Source: a virus
Taxonomy: Duplodnaviria > Caudoviricetes
Length of the DNA stretch: 60,316 bases
Virus record (IMG/VR): IMGVR_UViG_3300047551_002696
Location: 1 to 60,316 of that record
Strand: one strand, 5' to 3'
Of the stretch, positions 54,745 through 60,316 are shown in pieces. The notes below the pieces were generated by a model. That model was not told the origin of the DNA. It worked only from the letters and a program-made list of their open reading frames with translations, and did not search any database. The position numbers and the translations under genes were made by a program. Within the stretch, counting starts at the first letter, position 1. Every line of letters starts with the position of its first letter.

Positions 54745-54802
54745 ATAATAAAAACTCTTATATAAGAGTTCCTACGGTCTCTACCACCGATGCGAGGATT
54801 GA

Positions 54803-56668
54803 ATGGCAGATCCGATTATTAAAATCAAACGATCTTCTGTTGCCGGTAAAAAACCAACAACATCAGACGTAAATCTTGGAGAATTAGCTCTTAATACTTA
54901 CGATGGGGAACTGTATACTCGTAGAGAAAGAACGGGTATTGCAACAGACATTGTAAGAATCGGTGCTGGAACAACAGTTACTAATATTTTATATGTCACA
55001 GCAGACGGAAATAACTCCAACACAGGAAAAAAACTTGGAGATGCAAAGGCATCAATTGGAGCAGCACTTACAGAGGCAACAGCAGGAACAGTTATTAAAG
55101 TTAGTGCTGGATCTTACATAGAAAATAATCCTCTTGTTATACCAGAACAAGTATCAATTGTTGGTGATAGTTTAAGAGACGTATCAGTTCAACCATTAAA
55201 TGCCAATCAAGATTTATTTTATGTGGCAAATGGTGATTATGTGGCAGAAATGTCATTCACGGGAACATTAAACTCAGGAAAAGCAATATTCGCATTTAAT
55301 CCAAACCAAGTAGGATATTTCAACCAATCCCCATATATTCAGAACTGTACTAACTTTATTCCTAATAGTATTGGTCTTAAAATTGATGGATCAAAGGCAA
55401 TAGGACAATTAAAGTCCATGGTTCTTGACTCTTATACTCAATACAATCAAGGTGGAATAGGAGTTTCAATTACAAATGAAGGATATGCACAGTTAGTTTC
55501 ACTGTTCACAATTTGTGATGATGTAGCAGTTTATTGTGGAACTGGCGCTGCATGTGATTTAACAAACTCTAACTCATCATTTGGTAATTATGCACTTGTT
55601 GCTGATGGGGTTGGTCCAAGAAAATATACAGGTATTGTCACAAGTTCCGTAGCAGAAAATTCAGATACATTTGTTCTAGATTTAAATGTTCCAACCTTAG
55701 CAGTATCAACAGCAACTTATAATAATGTAACTGGTATTGTTACAATCACAACATCAACCAATCATAATCTTGTGGTTGGAATGGGCGTTTCAATAGCAGG
55801 ACTTGCATTTACTTGCACATCTGGTCCAGGAATTGTAACTTACCCATCAGGAAACAAAGGTTATATTTTTGAAGTAGCATCTGTCGGTGCAGCAAATAGT
55901 TTTTCTGCATATGTTGGTGTCTCTACTCTCCAACACACATACGTCAGTGGTGGAACTATAAAAATTAATGCGGTGAGACCTTTTGATGGTCAAGTAGTTT
56001 ATTTTGATACACTATATTATACTGTTGATGGTGTAACAGTTAGTTCTGGTGGAACTGGATATACTGGAAATGCAGATGTAACTATTGGCAGTCCAGCAAC
56101 ATCTTGGGGAATACCTGCGACTGCTGTTGCCGAAGTCAGGAATGGATCAGTAGTTGCTGTTGAAATGGTTTCTAGTGGAAGAGGATATGGATCCACACCA
56201 CCAACAGTATCCTTCAGTATGCCAAATTCTGGAATTAATTCTGCATCTGGAACTGCAAGGATGATTCCAACTTATTATGTTATTCAAAGTTCTACACCAG
56301 TATCATCTGGTATTTGTACAATTACTTTAACAGATAATGTTCCATATGCTGTTGGTGTTGGTACAACAGTTCCTTTCTTTAAACAAAGCCGTATCCTAGC
56401 ATCAGGTCATTCTCTTGAATACATTGGAAGTGGCGTGACAATTGCAACTGCTTTGCCTGCTGCTGGTGGTGTTCCCATTCAAGCAAATGAAACTGATGCT
56501 AGAAATGGTGGTTTAGTTGTTTTCACATCAACTGATCAATCTGGAAACTTTAGAATTGGTGATGGTGTTGTAATTAATCAACAAACAGGAACAATTAGTG
56601 GAACATTCTATTCTAAGAGTTTGTTCTCAACGATGACACCATTCATTCTAGCATTAGGAGGAGATTAA
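54803..56668 (+). CDS. tailspike/fibre protein with pectin-lyase-like beta-helix
   Basis: IKIKRSSV.GK.P....LGELALNT.DG start; LYV..DG.N.N.G, IKV.AG.Y.E, SIVGD.LR, SPYIQNCT, LTNSNSSFG; ends TPFILALGGD. Confidence 0.72.
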   Translation: MADPIIKIKRSSVAGKKPTTSDVNLGELALNTYDGELYTRRERTGIATDIVRIGAGTTVTNILYVTADGNNSNTGKKLGDAKASIGAALTEATAGTVIKVSAGSYIENNPLVIPEQVSIVGDSLRDVSVQPLNANQDLFYVANGDYVAEMSFTGTLNSGKAIFAFNPNQVGYFNQSPYIQNCTNFIPNSIGLKIDGSKAIGQLKSMVLDSYTQYNQGGIGVSITNEGYAQLVSLFTICDDVAVYCGTGAACDLTNSNSSFGNYALVADGVGPRKYTGIVTSSVAENSDTFVLDLNVPTLAVSTATYNNVTGIVTITTSTNHNLVVGMGVSIAGLAFTCTSGPGIVTYPSGNKGYIFEVASVGAANSFSAYVGVSTLQHTYVSGGTIKINAVRPFDGQVVYFDTLYYTVDGVTVSSGGTGYTGNADVTIGSPATSWGIPATAVAEVRNGSVVAVEMVSSGRGYGSTPPTVSFSMPNSGINSASGTARMIPTYYVIQSSTPVSSGICTITLTDNVPYAVGVGTTVPFFKQSRILASGHSLEYIGSGVTIATALPAAGGVPIQANETDARNGGLVVFTSTDQSGNFRIGDGVVINQQTGTISGTFYSKSLFSTMTPFILALGGD

Positions 56669-56672
56669 TAGA

Positions 56673-57014
56673 ATGGCATTAGCACTTAACGTATTCCAAA
56701 CAGTCACTTCTGTAATTGGTGTAAATACAGTAGGTATCTATACAGCACCCGTTGGTTATACTGGTGTCGTCTTACTTGCTCAAGTTACAAATGTGGGATC
56801 AAGTTCAGAAGATGTGACTTTTAATCATAAAAGGACAATATCTGGTATTGCAGTGACAACTGAGATCTTGAAACAATATCCGATTGCTGGAAATGATACC
56901 GCTAATTTATTATCTGGAAAATTAGTTCTTGAAAGTGGAGATGTATTAGAAATACGTGGAAGTAATGCATCTAATCTTAAATTTATTGGAAGCATCCTAG
57001 AAACACTCAACTAA
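56673..57014 (+). CDS. small all-beta fibre-associated protein (putative adaptor), copy 3
   Basis: 113 aa, IYTAP....VVLLAQVTN...I..NDT.....KLVLE.GD.L....S.LE; GGAGGAG RBS. Confidence 0.6.
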   Translation: MALALNVFQTVTSVIGVNTVGIYTAPVGYTGVVLLAQVTNVGSSSEDVTFNHKRTISGIAVTTEILKQYPIAGNDTANLLSGKLVLESGDVLEIRGSNASNLKFIGSILETLN

Positions 57015-57023
57015 CTCAAGAAA

Positions 57024-60000
57024 ATGGCAAAAGGATATCTCAGTAACCGTCAAAAAAATCTTAAAATTGGTATTTCTTCTTATACCGAGAGTAATACAGT
57101 ACTTGAGGTTACTGGGAAAGTAGGTATTGGAACCACAAATGCTTCTACTAACTTAGATGTTAATGGTGGAATAAGAGTTCGTGGTGCATTATATGACACA
57201 AATAATCAGGCAGGAACTGCAAATCAAGTTTTAGTTTCTACTGGTTCCGGTGTTGATTGGGTTGATGCTGCTCCAGTGGGTGCCATTACTGGAATTACCA
57301 TTAAGGATGAAGGTGGTACTGTTGGAACTGCAGCAAGTATTAACTCTTTAAATTTTGTTGGTCCTAATGTTACTGCAACTGCATCAGGTGCTGGAGCAAC
57401 AATTACGGTTGCAGATTACGTTACCAATGCTGGATATTCCACAAATGCTGGTATTGCAACCAATTTAAAAGGTGGCGTAGCAGGAAATATTCCTTACCAA
57501 ACTGCAGCAAATACAACTTCATTCATAACAAATGGAGTTACTGGTCAAATACTTCAATCTAATGGATCTTCTGCACCAACTTGGGTAAATGCAGCTCCTG
57601 CAAGTGCTATTAGTGGAATTACAGTTCAAGAAGAAGGATCAACAGTAGGTGTTGCCAATACTATTTCATTATTGAATTTTGTAGGATCAAATATCACAGC
57701 AACTGCATCAGGTTCTGGAGCAACAATTACCGTTGCAAATTATGTTAGTAATGCTGGATATTCTACTTCTAGTGGTATCTCTACATATGCTACAAGATCT
57801 GGCATAGCAACTTATACACCTAATGCCGGTTTCTCTACAAGTTCTGGAATATCAACTTATGCAACAATTGCTGGTATATCAACTTATGCACCTAATGCCG
57901 GTTTCTCTACAAATTCTGGTATAAGTACGTATGCATCTAGTGCTGGAATTTCTACATATGCTACTTCAAGTGGTATAGCAACAAACGCAACCAAACTTCA
58001 AACTCCTAGAACTTTTGAAATAACAGGTGATATTCTTGCATCACCAATTAGTTTTGATGGAAGTTCTAATGTATCACTGGCAGCAACTATTCAACCAAAT
58101 TCTGTTGGACTTGGAACTGACACTTTTGGTGATTATGTAAGGGATATAACAGGAACCTCAAATCAAATTACAGTAACAGGAGGAACTGGTGAAGGATCTA
58201 CACCAACATTAAGTATTCCAAATCAATTTACCGTTCCTCAAGATTTAACAGTTACTAGAGACGTTCAAATTAATCGTAATTTAAACGTAAACGGTAATAT
58301 TACTATTGGTGGTACTTCGGCTACATTATTCACGACAGAATTTAAAGTTTATGATCCAGATATTGTTCTGGGTTTTAGAACTGATGTTCTTGGTAATGAC
58401 GCATCGACAGATAGTACTGCAAATCATGGTGGTGTAGCAATTGCATCTACGGAGGGAACTCCTTTAGTTCAGTTATTCATTGCAGGTATTGAGACAAATC
58501 CTGCAACATATAAGAAGATTATGTGGTTTAAGTCTGGCACATTTGCCGGACTTGGAACTGATGCTTGGATCAGTAATTATGCTATAGGTATTGGAAGTAC
58601 ACAAATTCCTAATGGTGTAAGACTTGCTGCCGGTGGAATGCAAGTTACCGATACAACTCTAAGCACCCCACAGTTGAATATTTCTGGAGTGTCCACATTT
58701 ACCGGTAATGTAAGTTTTGGTACTTCAGCTTTCTTTGGTGATAATGATCAATTAGTTTTTGGTGACGGTAATGATTTAGTCATATCTCATAATGGCAGCA
58801 ATAGTTACATTAATGATCAAGGAACTGGTGGTTTAGTTATTGGTGGTGCTAATACCATAGATTTAATGAATCCTGGTGCAACGGAATATTATGCAAGATT
58901 TAATAACAATGGAGCGGTAGAACTCTATTACGATAACTCTAAAGAGTTTGAAACCACTGGATATGGTGCAACTGTTTATGGCATTTTACAGTCTCAGGGA
59001 CTCAATGTTATTTCTGGTGTTTCAACTTTTAATAATAGCATTAATATTGCCTCTGGTATTATTACAACAACTGGAAGTGGCGGTGTTGGTATTGGAAGTT
59101 ATTTAAGACTCAAACCATATCTCAATGAAGGTGGTGAAATTGCATTTGATTATCCTAGTGGAGTCATTGGTTATTATCTTGATGTTGCTGGGACTACATT
59201 TAGATTCTCAAATTATGATAGTAATGGAGCTTATACTTTTACTACAAATTCAACAGAAAAAGTTAGAATTACCAATGTAGGTTCTGTTGGTATTGGTTCA
59301 GCATCTCCCACAGTAACTTTAGATGTCGTTGGTACTGGTGGAAAGGTTGGATATGCAAATACTTATGTATTACTTGGTGCTGATATTGGGAGAAATATAG
59401 AAATTGGCATTGGTGCTACTAATATTGCAACGTTCTTAGATTTTCATGGAGCAGACTTAACTTATTCTGATTATGCAACAAGACTCATAAGAACTGGTGG
59501 AGACAATTCAAACTTTGATGTTATTAATCGTGGAACAGGTGCATTAAGAATTGTCACTCAAGATGCTGGATCTATTGATTTTGTAACTCAAAATACGTTT
59601 AGACATCGCATAGATTCTAATGGTACGTTTTTGGTTGGTGGTGCGTCATCAACAGGAACATCAGGACAAATTCTTCAGGTTGCTGGAATTAATAGTGGTG
59701 TTTATATTGGAGGTAATGTTGGTATAGGGACAACACTCCCGATAGCAAAATTACACGTTCAAGGAGACGTAAGAGTATCTGGGGCATCTACATTTATTGG
59801 ATTAATTGAACTAGACTCTTCTTTAAGAGACGTTTATGGAAATGTAGGTACTGCCGGATCAGTTTTAATTTCTACAGGTATTGGTGTATCTTGGGTAACA
59901 CCATTTGCTGCTGGTCTTCAGGGTATTCAAGGTATAACAGGTGCTCAAGGTGCTACAGGAACTCAAGGTGCTACAGGAACCCAAGGAGCAACGGGTACTC

Positions 60001-60316
60001 AGGGTGCTACAGGAGCACAGGGAGCAACGGGTACTCAAGGTGCAACTGGAACACAGGGAGCAACAGGAACACAGGGTGCCACAGGAACCCAAGGAGCAAC
60101 GGGTACTCAGGGTGCTACAGGTACTCAAGGAACCACAGGAACCCAAGGCGCTACAGGAGCACAGGGGGCTACAGGAACACAAGGTGCTACAGGAACCCAA
60201 GGCGCTACAGGAACTCAGGGTGCCACAGGAACCCAAGGTGCCACTGGTGCTCAAGGTGCAACAGGAGCACAAGGAACTACGGGTGCTCAAGGAACACAAG
60301 GTATTCAAGGTATTAC
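57024..60316 (+). CDS. long tail fibre protein with collagen-like region (3' truncated by window edge)
   Basis: ATG 57024 [20 protein letters not shown]...; VGIGTT motifs, SGISTYA-type repeats, same frame as the G-X-Y run at 59913. Absent from the ORF track, consistent with no stop in the window. Confidence 0.85.
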   Translation, partial: MAKGYLSNRQKNLKIGISSYTESNTVLEVTGKVGIGTTNASTNLDVNGGIRVRGALYDTNNQAGTANQVLVSTGSGVDWVDAAPVGAITGITIKDEGGTVGTAASINSLNFVGPNVTATASGAGATITVADYVTNAGYSTNAGIATNLKGGVAGNIPYQTAANTTSFITNGVTGQILQSNGSSAPTWVNAAPASAISGITVQEEGSTVGVANTISLLNFVGSNITATASGSGATITVANYVSNAGYSTSSGISTYATRSGIATYTPNAGFSTSSGISTYATIAGISTYAPNAGFSTNSGISTYASSAGISTYATSSGIATNATKLQTPRTFEITGDILASPISFDGSSNVSLAATIQPNSVGLGTDTFGDYVRDITGTSNQITVTGGTGEGSTPTLSIPNQFTVPQDLTVTRDVQINRNLNVNGNITIGGTSATLFTTEFKVYDPDIVLGFRTDVLGNDASTDSTANHGGVAIASTEGTPLVQLFIAGIETNPATYKKIMWFKSGTFAGLGTDAWISNYAIGIGSTQIPNGVRLAAGGMQVTDTTLSTPQLNISGVSTFTGNVSFGTSAFFGDNDQLVFGDGNDLVISHNGSNSYINDQGTGGLVIGGANTIDLMNPGATEYYARFNNNGAVELYYDNSKEFETTGYGATVYGILQSQGLNVISGVSTFNNSINIASGIITTTGSGGVGIGSYLRLKPYLNEGGEIAFDYPSGVIGYYLDVAGTTFRFSNYDSNGAYTFTTNSTEKVRITNVGSVGIGSASPTVTLDVVGTGGKVGYANTYVLLGADIGRNIEIGIGATNIATFLDFHGADLTYSDYATRLIRTGGDNSNFDVINRGTGALRIVTQDAGSIDFVTQNTFRHRIDSNGTFLVGGASSTGTSGQILQVAGINSGVYIGGNVGIGTTLPIAKLHVQGDVRVSGASTFIGLIELDSSLRDVYGNVGTAGSVLISTGIGVSWVTPFAAGLQGIQGITGAQGATGTQGATGTQGATGTQGATGAQGATGTQGATGTQGATGTQGATGTQGATGTQGATGTQGTTGTQGATGAQGATGTQGATGTQGATGTQGATGTQGATGAQGATGAQGTTGAQGTQGIQGI
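59913..60316 (+). repeat. collagen-like Gly-X-Y repeat (about 44 triplets, continues past the edge)
   Basis: [24 protein letters not shown] ... uninterrupted, no proline. Confidence 0.92.

Noticed and set aside
59865-60308. 147-aa Cys/Ser-rich minus-strand ORF
   Set aside because: It is the antisense shadow of the collagen repeat in the + strand fibre gene starting at 57024.
59913-60316. Collagen region as substrate of the putative prolyl hydroxylases
   Set aside because: The visible collagen contains no proline or lysine.
1-60316. Alternative genetic code, introns or homing endonucleases
   Set aside because: Core genes are full length under the standard code with tight packing; no interrupted gene or HNH/GIY-YIG/LAGLIDADG ORF was recognised.

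Overview
A 60 kb segment of a T4-like cyanomyovirus (Kyanoviridae-type; CP12, cyanophage-style gene order and TAAATA late promoters support this). It runs from the gp33-gp59-gp32 replication/transcription genes, through the baseplate/hub module (gp53, gp48, gp2-like, gp4, gp54-like, gp26, gp51, three large tape-measure-like/muralytic proteins, gp27-like hub, CP12, gp5, a giant PA14-repeat protein), to a small sigma70-driven island (tRNA-Leu(UAA), tRNA-Thr(UGU), Mom-like DNA-modification gene, candidate sRNA). It ends in about 31 kb of tail-fibre and receptor-binding genes. The most notable structure is a repeated 'fibre with hydrophobic C-terminal tail > small adaptor > Gly/Pro-rich tip protein' cassette interleaved with six 2OG-Fe(II) oxygenases and chaperone-like paralogs, with an exact in-frame 53-bp repeat linking two fibre genes. 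All calls come from reading motifs and synteny by eye; no database searches were run.
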